Shown piece by piece: positions 24,001 through 36,000 of a stretch of DNA of 64,000 bases. Below the pieces are notes generated by a model. It was not told where the DNA came from and did no database searches. It saw nothing but the letters and a program-made list of their open reading frames with translations. The translations under genes were made by a program, and so were the position numbers. Positions within the stretch are counted from its first letter, which is position 1, and every line of letters begins with the position of its first letter. This DNA comes from Candidatus Omnitrophota bacterium (lineage in GTDB: Bacteria > Omnitrophota > Gorgyraeia > Zapsychrales > JANLHA01): positions 1,626-65,625 of the forward strand of contig JBBRHV010000006.1 of the NCBI GenBank assembly GCA_038222225.1, read 5' to 3'.

Positions 24001-27000
24001 TGGGGTCGGTTTTTGGAAAAACTTTTGAACTGTGGAAACAGTTCCATGGTCCAGACGTGGTTATTTCCATCTTGGCAACTGCAGTGATTTGGACTGTTTA
24101 TCGGGTCCTTGTTTCATTCAGGGCCATGCGGGCCCGGCTGGGTGAGCCGGCATTATTTTCAGGTTGGCCTGGAATTGCGCGTGTGATCATCGCAAAGGTT
24201 TTAAAGCGGATTGTCTATCCGCACAATAAAAATGCGAAATGCGCATCGGCGGCGGGTTTCCGTTCCTTTGCCCGGAGTTCTCGCCGGAAAGAGGTCCGTG
24301 AGGCCCTGATGCGCGCTTCAGCTCTGCTGCGCGAGTCCCAGCGGCCTCTTCTGGTTAAACACAATGATATAAGGAACGTCCTGTTTTTATTATTCCCGGG
24401 CCACATTCCAGCGGCGGTACGTTTGAAGGGCGAGATTATCTGGTCGCCATGGTGTCCGAGCAAGGAGGCCTTGATTTCACATTTGACCAGCGTGATGGGG
24501 ATTCGTCAGGAAGAGGCGCAGCTCACAGCCGATCTGGTTGAGATCTGCCTTTCCCAAGAGGAAAATGTCTGGCCTCATTGGCAGGCTGCCCGCCGGTATT
24601 TCAAGTCCATCCGTTTCAGGGTTCAGCAGGAAACTTGGCGGCTCATTGGACGTTCTTCAGATCGGCAATTAAAGGTTTACCGCAAGGCTGTCGAAGACCT
24701 CGTCCTTTTTAGGCTTGAGCCGGCCGGCGGGAAATCGGCTCCCATAGTATTTTCGAAGTTCCGGGAGAGGCTGGTTAAGTTCTTTGGTGAGCGGCCCGAA
24801 ACTGCGTATATCGCAGGCTTCGATGGTGAACTGATCGAATGGCTCTATGCCATATACGATGGCGGACTTGGAGAAACAGCGTTTATCCAGGAGGTGGTTC
24901 GCCTCATGGATGTTGCTAATAATGTGGATCATGCGATGTCCGACCATGTTGAGGGCGCATTGAAGGATGCCGGAATTGAGAACCTGAAACCAATGTCCGT
25001 TGTGTTTGCTTTTGATCCGCACAGCGGGACTGCGGCAGATATTCTCAACGGAAAACTCAGAATTAATTATTATCAGTACATGTCGAGTGTGGCTAAGGTA
25101 GAGGAATTGCTGGAGACCCTTCTGTATGATATTTACTTCCATATTATTTATGCGGATCAAATGCGCTCGAATGAATTTTGTGATCAGGCTTCGCGCTCTG
25201 AAGCGCCTGGCGTGGTCAAGGGAAGTTATTTGCGAGGAGAATCGTATCCGGTTTCAAGTTTGGAACAGGGGGACCGTATTCGTCTGCATGAACGATTGGC
25301 CAAGCTGACCGCAGAAAAGATCGCCGCACAATTGGTGTTTGGGAAGGATTCTCAGATCGCCGGTTTGAGGCGGCGCTTTGTGGCGACGTGTGCTAAGTTC
25401 AAGTCCGGAGCGTCAGTCGCAGAATTAGCACTGGAAGTCGCTTCGCGAAGAGCCGTCCTCCAGGTCGAAGGACATGCCGGAACCTTGACAGAATCCGCCC
25501 GACAGCTAACGGAGTATTTGAAGGCTGCGCTATCGGCTGATTTGCCGGAACAGAAGCAGGTTATGGATTATATTGAGATTCAGGCACAAGCCATGGCGGT
25601 ATTTTTTGAGAAGATTGAACTGACCTCCGATTTTCGCGTCAGGCTTATGTCCACAGCGGGCTTTTTTGGGGAAGGCGCGCATGATCGTCACGGCATAGCT
25701 GAGGTCGGCATGAATGGGATTGGGATCATTCCTGTCAATCGGCTTTCTTTTGATTTCTTATTTGAAATAAAGGCCCGCGTTGCGGCTGCGCTGACCGGAT
25801 TCCGTTACCGCAAGATGGTCAATGATCAGCAGGCTGTAGTTCATGGTCAGGCTAATTTGCTGTTGTCCAATCCGATGGCGCGCGAGCTTTTGATCAAGAC
25901 GTTCCGTTTAAACGGAAGCCGGGATCCAGAAAAACGCGCGGATGATGTCCTGGCCGGGCAGCATGATCTTTCCCGTTTTGAGGAGGAATTGAAGGCAATG
26001 CTGAGTGCGTTGGGATCCCGTTATGTGAAGGTTGGATGGGATGAACAGGGAAGAGTGATCTGTCCTTTGCTTGATCCAAGTCAGATGAAAGAGGAGATCC
26101 TTAAAACGCGCTTGCGCGGCAACGTGATCGTTTTTGCGATCCGCCCAACGGTCGGCGGCCGCGCTTTATTCTCGACCTGCCTTCCGGATGACGATGATAA
26201 TTTTATTTATTATCATCTTCGCGGAGCTATAGAATTTGATGAACAGGGAGAATGTAAGGGGATCATTCTCCAGGGAGGGGAACCGCGCGATCCTGACTTG
26301 TTCATGAAATATCATGGATATTTCGGCGTATATTCAGAAAAAGACCTGATGGCGATCCTGCGCAATGACATGATCCTGGCAGCCCGCCGGTTCATGAAGA
26401 GCGGCCTGTTTGATCCGCATACGGAGGTGGGGATTTTATATATTGATCAAAACGGAGTTGATCAGTCGGAGAAGGTCCGGCTTGTCGACCTTGCCCGTGA
26501 TGTTCTGTACCGTCAGCACGATGCTCCCCAGCAGAATCACCCGAGCTATGTTCCTCAGACCCGCATACTTGCCTTAGGAGAAATTCTGCTTTGGTACAAT
26601 TATTTCCATTTGAAAAACAGACTTGGGTTATTGCTGGATTCAGAAGCGAGAGAGTATCTCAGCGCCGTCAGATCGCTCCCTTGTTATGAGAGCCTTGTGC
26701 GTCATTTTCCGACGGTGGAAATTGCTGAGGTTGACGCGCTGCCCCTGGTGGACTCCTCAGGGGAAAAGACCGGTACCAGGGTCGGAGATTTAAGGATGTT
26801 CGGTTCATGGAAGCCGTTCCTGACAGCAGAAGATGCGCATTCGAATAAGACAATGTCTTGGGAACAGCGAGTCATGACGAATGCATCGGTCAACAGCGGA
26901 ACAGAAGACGATGAAGGACCTTTGAGGGAATCATTGATCAGGAAAGAGGCGGGTGAAAGTATAGCGGCGGAAGCTTGGTACATGGGACAGGAAAACGGGA

Positions 27001-30000
27001 AATATCGCGACTTTGGCAGTTATTTGGCAACCCATCCATGGGTGTATGATCTGAAAAAAGGAAAAGCCGACAGCGGGGCCAATTCATCCGTACTGGGACG
27101 CAGAGTTGAGCTAAAGGATTTAGTTTTTCAATTTGCTTTTGAGATGGAACGCCGCGGCCGCGTGATCCGCACCCGGGCAGGAAGGATCCTTGATATTGAA
27201 GAAGACACTGAACTTAAGCGTTCCAGGGTTATAAAAGAGGAGGGGATGAGCACGTACCTCTTGGCTGACCGTTATGAGAGAGGATCGTCCTTGATGGCCT
27301 GGGTTGCGCAGGGAGAGATCATTGGTTACGGCTCTTATGTTCTGTCAGAGAACGATTCAGCGTGGATCGGATTCTGCATTTTTGAAGAGTATCGTGGCCG
27401 TGGGTTTGGCAGCCGGGCCTATTCAAAGTTGATCAGCGTTACACAAAACATTGGCCTAAGGCCAGTTGTGCAGTGGAGATATCCGCCTATTACTGTTTTA
27501 AACAAGAAGCTTTATCCAGGTGCGCGCTGGGATCTTTTGCCGTTTTTGTTGAGAAAGGGATTCCGTCCGTGGTTTGCTGATATTTCAGAAGAACACATTG
27601 AGCGTATTGCCAGAGGGGAACATGTCGGTTCCCGTATTGTTCACCGGTTGGTCCAACAGCCGTTGGTCTTGACGGACCACGCGAATTCCGCTGTTTTGAC
27701 TTCAACAACAGTTGGTCACGAACCGTTCGCTTACCGTGTGTGGGTCAAAACACCTCCGGTGTTAGCCGAAGGTAAATTTGCGGAATTGAGTGTAAAGGGT
27801 GGCTTATTGAGCGCGGCCAGATGCGCCGAGCTTAACGCCGAGTTGGAAGGAGCGAAGAAAAAAATTCTAGCCGAAGGATTCTTTGATGAAAAAGATTTTG
27901 ATCTGGAAGTCCGCATTCTCCGACGTGCCTACCATAGTGAATCCTTCACGCGACAAGTTAAAAAGACAATTCTTTTCCTTGATGAGCGGACATTCCAACA
28001 TTCGTTTGCTCTTTATCTTGCCGTTAAACATGCCATAACAGATCTCTGGGTGGATAAAAATGCGGAAACGCTGATCGCGCATGATCAGTTCGGACATCTG
28101 AAAGATTATATTTCGGAATCTTCCAAAGGAAGATCTTTTAATCCGGCCTGGCGTGAGATTTTCACGATCTTAAACGTTAATGTTTTTGAGTTTTTGCTTT
28201 TGCGTGATCAAGCTCTCAAGAAAGCTGAAGAATTCATTCGTTCGATCGGAAAAGAGGCGGCCGTGCACGGGCTGTTTTGGCTTTATGTATTGATGCTGTC
28301 TGATAGAGAAAAAAAGACGCCCATAGAATGGATCGGCGTGGTTTTCGCCCTTGTCTCTTACAGCCCTGCTGTTTATCCGGCTATCCGAGCACGGGCGCAT
28401 GCTTTTGGTATGTATGAGAATCCGCAGAGGGCACAAGCTTTAGCGCGGAGTGTGGAAGGGGTTTTTGCAACCAAGGACTTGCAGATCGGGGCACAGGCTC
28501 AAGCCAGGCTTCAGGAGTTGCGCGGCTATCAAAAGCAAAGCGAGATTGACCGTTTGGCGGAAAGCATGAGAGCTCTGGTTTCTGCAGTGCAGCGCTTGAC
28601 GGATGAGGGATACAGGCCAGAACAGTTGACGTTGGCGTTTTTCAAAGACGTTCCTATTAATCCGGTTGATCGTAAATCGTGGTTTAAGCCGTTTAAAAAA
28701 TGTCAATGGGATGATCCGTTGCAGAGGAATTTGAGTCTCGGGCGGACATCGCGCGTGAGGAAATCTCCGGGATCTAACAGTGCGGTGCTTAATGGTTTTG
28801 AGCCGTCCGGGTCCTCTATAGGGCATCCGGGCCCAGCTGCTTCCAATAAGGTTTGGCTGATCGTTGCGTTTGTGCTGCCCATCGTTCATGGACTGAGCAT
28901 TGTGCTGGCGAAATATATTCTGGGCGTTCAGCTGGTGCATCCGATTGGGTATTTGTTTGCGTTTTTTGCTTGGACAAATATCTGGATGTTTTTGTTCCGG
29001 ATCGCACAGAGCTTCAGCAACGGCCAGCGTAATGAACAAACGCCATGGAGCTTGTTGCGCCATTGGAGTTTTACTCATCGGGAATGGACGGTGCTTGAGC
29101 AGTCGACCCGGGCAGAAAAGTGGATGATCCGCGTGAACGCGTTATTCAGCCAGTTTATTCTCACGCTGTTATTTATTTGGTCACTGAAAAGCGGCCTTTT
29201 AACAGCGGTTTATTCCATTTTGCAGACCTCCGGCTTTGTGTTCGGCCTGTTTCTTGGAGCGCTTGTTCTGGGAAAAATTCTAAATATTCACGCGGAAAAA
29301 TTACGGTTCCGTCATTTCGCCGGCATTGGTTTAGCTGTGACCGGGGTTGTGTGGGCTTTGGCAAGTGTGGGCATAAGTCAGGGCCGCGGGATCCGGGGCC
29401 TAATTGAAATGGTCATCAGCGGCTTAACCAGTTCGGGAGCAGGGTATGCCATCGGGTTGGCCGGGCTGGTCGGCTTTCAGGCCCTTCTGCAGAAGATCAT
29501 TATCAGTGTGATGAATAAGGGCAAGCCGTACCGGCAGAAACAATTGCCTTATGTTATGACAAAATACGGATACCGGTTTGGGATCACGACAGCGTTGTTA
29601 ACGCTTCTCGGATTAGCCATCATTTCTCCTGCCGTGGCTCCGTCGGTCGCTGAGATTGCAGCGTGTTTTTTCAATCCGTATTTGATCGCCTTGGCGGGAA
29701 TTTTTCCAATGATATGGATCACGACCTATACCTTGTACCGCAAACTTCCTTTATTGCAGCTGACCTTTTTCCGTGCAACCATTCCTTTCTGGGTCATGCT
29801 CGGGTCATTTGCCGCAATGCATACAGCGGTGACGTTCAGCCAGGTCATATCCGGGCTTTTTGTTCTATCGGCGGCGGTTGTGGCAGCGACGGGCACTCAG
29901 AATGGAAACAATCAAGACGCGGTGCCGGATTTTCAAGCAGAGAACGGCCAGGACAAAAGAGAAGTTGTCGTACGCTGCCATTCTTGGTTTAAGCCATGGG

Positions 30001-33000
30001 AAAAAAGGAAGAACCGGATCCATTTGCGTCCGGCCAGTAGAATTGTTTATGTTGCGAAGTACATCTGGGATCAATTGAACATTCGTATGATCGTTGAAAA
30101 GGAAGGAGATCAACAACAGGTGGATGCCCGAAGTATCAACGGCCTTGCACGTCTGGCAATCTTTGACGGGGAAAAAATTTCAATTCGAACAGAGGGCTTG
30201 GCAGATAGGCAGATCAAAGGCAAAGCGGTTGAACTTTTTGCTAGGATTTTGAGAGACCCGGGGGTTCTTCAGCACAAAACGATTTGGGACATTTTTTATT
30301 TCTTTGATGAAGGGCGGGGGATAGATCAATTGTCCTTGCGTAAATATAAGCGTGCGGTTGATTTGATCAAGCTGGATGCGGCGGAGTCGGACCGACCTGA
30401 TAGGGCGCAAGTCAATTCCTCAGTTCTATTCGGAGCATCTCTGGCGCAGATCGATGCCTCTATCGTTGGTGATGTGGTCGGAATGATCATGTTTGCTTTG
30501 GGGTCGGCGGTTACCTGCATTGCGGCCCTGTTGATATGGCTGGTTAGAACACAGCGGTTCCGTATTCATGGGTTCTGGGTTAGGAGCTATACACCGGAGG
30601 AGATGAAAATTCGCCGGAGCGTTCATGCGCGGATGATCGATTTTTGCATCGGAAGCAAGCATTCTCAGAGAATGGCAGCTCAACGCATGGCGGGCCGTTT
30701 TACGCATTCGGCACGCAAATCATACAGATATCTTGTTGATATCTATGGAAGAGAAAAAAGCAAAACGGAATTTTTAAAATTTTTGAGAGAAACAGAAAAG
30801 GATCGACTGGTTACTTTTTTAGTTTTCTTAGAAAAGAAGAAGATGCGGTTGATCGTCGCTCCGCGATTTGTGGAAGGCGGAAAAGAATTCCGTCATCTGG
30901 ACATGCAGCATGGGTTCGCTTTGGAGGGCGTTCTAAAAAATTATGTTTACGGATATTTTGAAGGGATTGACCCAACGGACGATCAAGGAAAGATCGTGCT
31001 GATGTATTTGGCGGGGGAGGAGGGGTTCAAACAGCTACAAGAGTTGGCATTTTTATTTATTACAGGCGGAATATCCATAGTGAAGCCAGTCGAGCTCTTT
31101 ATGGATTCGGGAACGATAGGTGAGATCAAGACTGTGCGTGATCTTTTGCGTGTTGAGTATTTCTATCAGATAAAAAAGCAGAAGCAAAAAGAGGCGTTAG
31201 AAAAACGCATTGCCGAGGATAGGGCCGCGCAAGACGGGACCAACGCGGCGGTTTTAGAGAACGGCACAGCGGATCATGAACAGGACGGTGGCGAAACAAA
31301 TGCCGCGGTGCTGGATTCCGAAAACGAAAGCAAAGGGGAATTTTTGGCCGGGACCCAGCAGGGGATTCGGCTTGGGCTTTTGACACTTGAGGAGGCGCGT
31401 CTTTGGGAGAGGGCGGCAAAGATTGTTGATGCTCCTGTCGGCATGGAGATAGAATTCAGTCATCCGGAAATTGCGACATTAGGTGATGATGAGTATGATC
31501 TTCCCTATTATATTAGCGAACATTATTCGGATCCTCATTTGGAATTTAATCTTGAGCCATCTTGGAATCTTGGCATTCAAAGATATTTGGTAAGGCATAT
31601 TTACCGCAGTATGGGGTTGTCTGAGGATGATGTGATCTCGGTCCAGTTAAACTGCGGTATCCGCAAGAAAGATTATGAGGGGCTTTCTCAAGCTTCCCGC
31701 GGATTATTTTTATCTATGGCGCATTATTTAATGCTTGCGGTTACGATCGTTTATGCATCAAATCAAAGGATCTTATCAAAGAAATCAGAAAAGGTGGCCG
31801 AAAAACGGGATTGCGCTGAACCGCTTGATGGAGAACCCTACATTCGGATCGAATACGGTTTTCTTGATACGATCGATGAGGGGTGGCTGGTTCTCTGGAT
31901 CTTGCATCAGGTTATTTGGAAAACTGCAAGGTTCAGCGACGATCAAAAAATTTCCGGCAAACTCATTCGTGAAGAGGAGCAGTTGCTAATCAAGATCGGG
32001 CAGGACATGGTTATTCAATTGCATGAACGTCTTCCAGGTATTAGAGGATTAAGTGCGAATGATATATTTGACCTGTCGGATGCTCGGACGTGGTTTAGGT
32101 TGGTTCCGTGGCGCCAGGAAAATCCTGCTACGGTGAAGGCCATTGACAATCTTCTCCAGAAAACTGTGCTTCAAGTTTTGTCCACTTTAGGAGGGTCAAA
32201 CCATACGCCAGAGAAGGAAGTGCCGGTTTGGATTTTACCGGCTGGAAATCGGGAGACATTTTTAAGATGGTTTGGTAATCGGGAGCAGGCGATTGCTCAT
32301 ATTCCTGAGCCTACAGGTGGACAGGACGAGGTAAGGGATGGCGGAGTTAATTCTGCCGTTTTGGATCAGAGAAACATTGTTGGTGTTGAAGTGCACTGTC
32401 CGGCAGGATCAGGATATTGGCTGAGAGATATTCTTTATGAAGGGATCCCGGTTCAAGGCGGGCTGGTGATCCGGTATTATGATCAGTCGCGGTGGTCGTC
32501 AGGAATTGCAGGGATACGGACGGTTCGCAGTGATCATGGATTTTTTACAGAAGTGGATATGTTAAGAATATTAAATGGAGAGGTCCCGACAGACATTTTC
32601 TACGTGGGGGCTTTTCATTTGGGATGTGTTCGGCATGCGTTTGAAAGCGCGCTTCAAATTCAAAAGACAGGCCTGTGGAACGGGTCTCAAGCAAATCATC
32701 ATTTCATTTCAAACCGCATTGCCTGTGATTGTGATGATTTCGATATTCGTGTCAGTGATGCTTTGCCGAGGCTGAATCTGAGGACTGCAACGCCGTTTGC
32801 CTGGCGCAGAAATTGGAGTGTCAAAGCAGCGGTTATTCGGGGAGATGAGGTTGTAAGTAACACACGATTTATCGATCAGCTTCAAGCGAGGCTTTATTAT
32901 TGGAACGATGTGCCGGAATTTAAGGAATGGATAAGCCGTGGGATTCAGCAGACAAACGCAGCGGTTTTGAACCAGAGAATGTTTGAGATCGTGGATACAC

Positions 33001-36000
33001 ATATGATCAGGCGCAGAGTAGCGCAGAATCTTCAGGCATTGGAAGGCCTGCTGCGACAAAATTTTTCAGATCAAATGCTGGCAGAGGCTGCGCAATATCT
33101 TGCGCCGTTCACCACAGAACCGATCCTGTTCCATGAGATTTCAGATCAGGAGCGTGGGGAGCTGACGGTCGTTGATTTAGGCAACCGGCCGGCGGGATCG
33201 TTTAAGCCATGGATCATTTATGGTGTGATCAAGGCTATTTTGGAAGGGAAGACAACGATCGTGACCGCCAGCACAGGAAATCAGGCTATTGCTGTTCAAA
33301 AGATCATTGAGCAGATCAATGCAACGCCGTCGTTGATCGGTATCAACGCCCAAAGGCTTGGAATAAAAGTTGTTCTATTTGTGGGCCGTCATACTCCGCT
33401 GGAAAAAATCGACCGCATCAAGCACGGTGACGGACTTGTTGAGATTGTCGGAGATCCGAGGGAGAACGGCAGGTTGTTTGAGAACTATGAGGGGGCCTAT
33501 CGCGCCGCACGAGTCTTTGCAGCCCAAGAGCCTTCTAAGAATTATTTTGTTGAACATGCCGGGCGGGAGGCCATTGCCGGGTATATTGTTTTGGCAAACA
33601 GGGTCTTTGATCAGTGGCTCGCTCAGGGGCGAGATCTTCATCAAATGACAATACGGGTTGGGGTTGGCGCCGGAGGTTTGGCCAGCGGGTTTGCGATCGC
33701 GGCATTTTTAAGGGGAGCGGGCGTACGGATCATTGGGGTTCAGACCGATCGGACTCGTCACGCCTTTGATTCTCTATTTCAGGGAAGGATTCTCCCCTTT
33801 GTTTCAGGGGATACGAGTGGTGAATTTGATGAGGATGGGATCGACACAAAGACGCTTGAACCGATGGCGTTTTGGGCATTATCACATTTCTTGGATGGAT
33901 TGGTTCTCGTTGATCATCAGGAAGTTCCTTCGGCGATAGATTCTTATACACAACATGGAGTTGCGGCTGAAGGCGCGGCAACGCTGCCGTTCATTTCTTT
34001 AGAAAGATCAGCCCGTTTGTTTGATGATGAAGGGTCCCGTCAGCAGATTTTGATCGCCACCGGAAGAAACCGCAGAATACAACCGGGCTTGAACAGTGAT
34101 CAAGAGGCTAATGCCGCGGTACTTGGCGTCATGACCCCGCATGATTTTGTACATGATGGACGAATTTTGAATGAAGTTCATGCGTCAGGATCGGTTGTGG
34201 GGATCGTCCGCGAGATCAAGCGCGGCGCATCGCGTGTGGCAAAAACACCGGATCATGTCCGGCAGTTGACGCAGAGTGGGCTGATCGTTTTGGTAGAAGC
34301 TAAAGCTGGCGAACGCAGCGGGTACAGTGATGATCAGTACCGGCAGGCTGGCGCGTTCATTGTCCTTTCGGCTCGTGAGGTTTGGGAGCGGTCGGATATC
34401 ATCGTCAAGGTGAAAGAACCTCTGCCGCAAGAATATCAATATTTCCGCCGGGGATTGATCTTGTTCACCTATTTCCACTTAGCAAATCCGGAAAACAAAA
34501 ATTTGACAGAGGAGTTGTTGCGCACCGGGGTGACAGCTATTGCCTATGAATCTGTTGTGAAGGATGGACGGACAGTTCTGTTGGAGCCTATGTCGCATAT
34601 TGCCGGATGGTCTGCGGCGATTCTTGGTTTGTTGTATTCCCGCGCGTCGCCGGATTACAAGTTCATGATCGAGCCCGATGGCCGTATAAAAGCGGAGTTA
34701 GCCGCTGATATTCAGCAGTCCGCTGAACCGCTGGCCGGGCAGATGCAAAAAGAATTCGACACTTTGCGCGAGTCGCGGTTCTGCATGGACGAACCCGGAT
34801 TAAGGATTTTGATAGAAAAATTTGGAGGGCTTGGTAATGTCGTGGTTCTGGGTGGAGGCAATGTTGGACGTCAGGCGGCCTATATGGCGATGTTATTACA
34901 ACCACGTTCGGTCACGGTTTCCCAGTTGCCACACTTGCAGGAGGCGTTGCGTGAAGATCTCAGACGGTATCAGGGTCAAACGGTATTTAAGATCGTCACG
35001 CCTGATTCGGCTGAACTCATGGAGGCTTTAGAGCAGGCGGATGTCATTATTAGCGGGATCTATGCGCGCACTGCTGAGGGCGCTACCCGCGCATTGAAAG
35101 TTATTGATGAAGGCCTTCTTGAGAAGATCAGCCGCGGCAAGAAAAAGGTCATTATCGATGTCGCCATTGATCAAGGAGGGAATATTGAGCCGGCATTTGA
35201 CCGGCAGGAAACGGATCCGTTTACCTATCTCGACCGCCCGGCTCGACTGGACAAATTTGGTAATTTGCGCATGGATATTCCTAACATGCCGGATGCGTTT
35301 GGTCCGGTCGCTTCTCCCTATTTGTCACATGCCACCCAACCGTTTCTTCTTTCGCTGGTCCGCATGTCAAACGCGCAGGATATCCGCGAGAGGGATCCAG
35401 TGCTTTGGACCGGGGTTGCCGTAATCGATGGGCAGTTACTGGATAGGGCTGTGGCACAGTCCCATGGGTTGAAACACGGTGGTCAGGGGACAAACAGCGC
35501 CGTGGTGATGAGTGATTCCTTCGGCAAAGAGAGTGACGATCGTGTCAGATTAAAAGGTTGTGGGTCAAGGTGGGCGCAGGTTAAGGCTGTTATCGGCCGC
35601 TCGAGTATCCGGGAAGAAGATTCCATTGAAGTCACTCTTCCGGGCAAAGATTTCCGCATGGATCTTAAGGCTCTTGCGCTGACGGGGTTGAAGGATATTG
35701 GATTGGCCAATTACCGCAGGGTTATGGAGGCTATGGAGCTTAAACACATTTGGAAACAGGTCTTTCTATCGGACATTCTTAAAGCCCTGGCCAGAGTGAA
35801 GTTTGTTCTAATCGATGATCCCCAGCGGAATGGGTCAGCGTCCCTGATCGCTGATGGATGGAGACGATTTATTGCTGCGGCCGTTTCCGTTGAAGCCCCT
35901 GGCCGGATCTATTTGTCACGGTCTCTTGTTAAGGACATAAAGAACAGAAAAGAATTCGATGCCCTGATCGGATTTGTCTGGAGTGCGGGTTTTTGGATAG

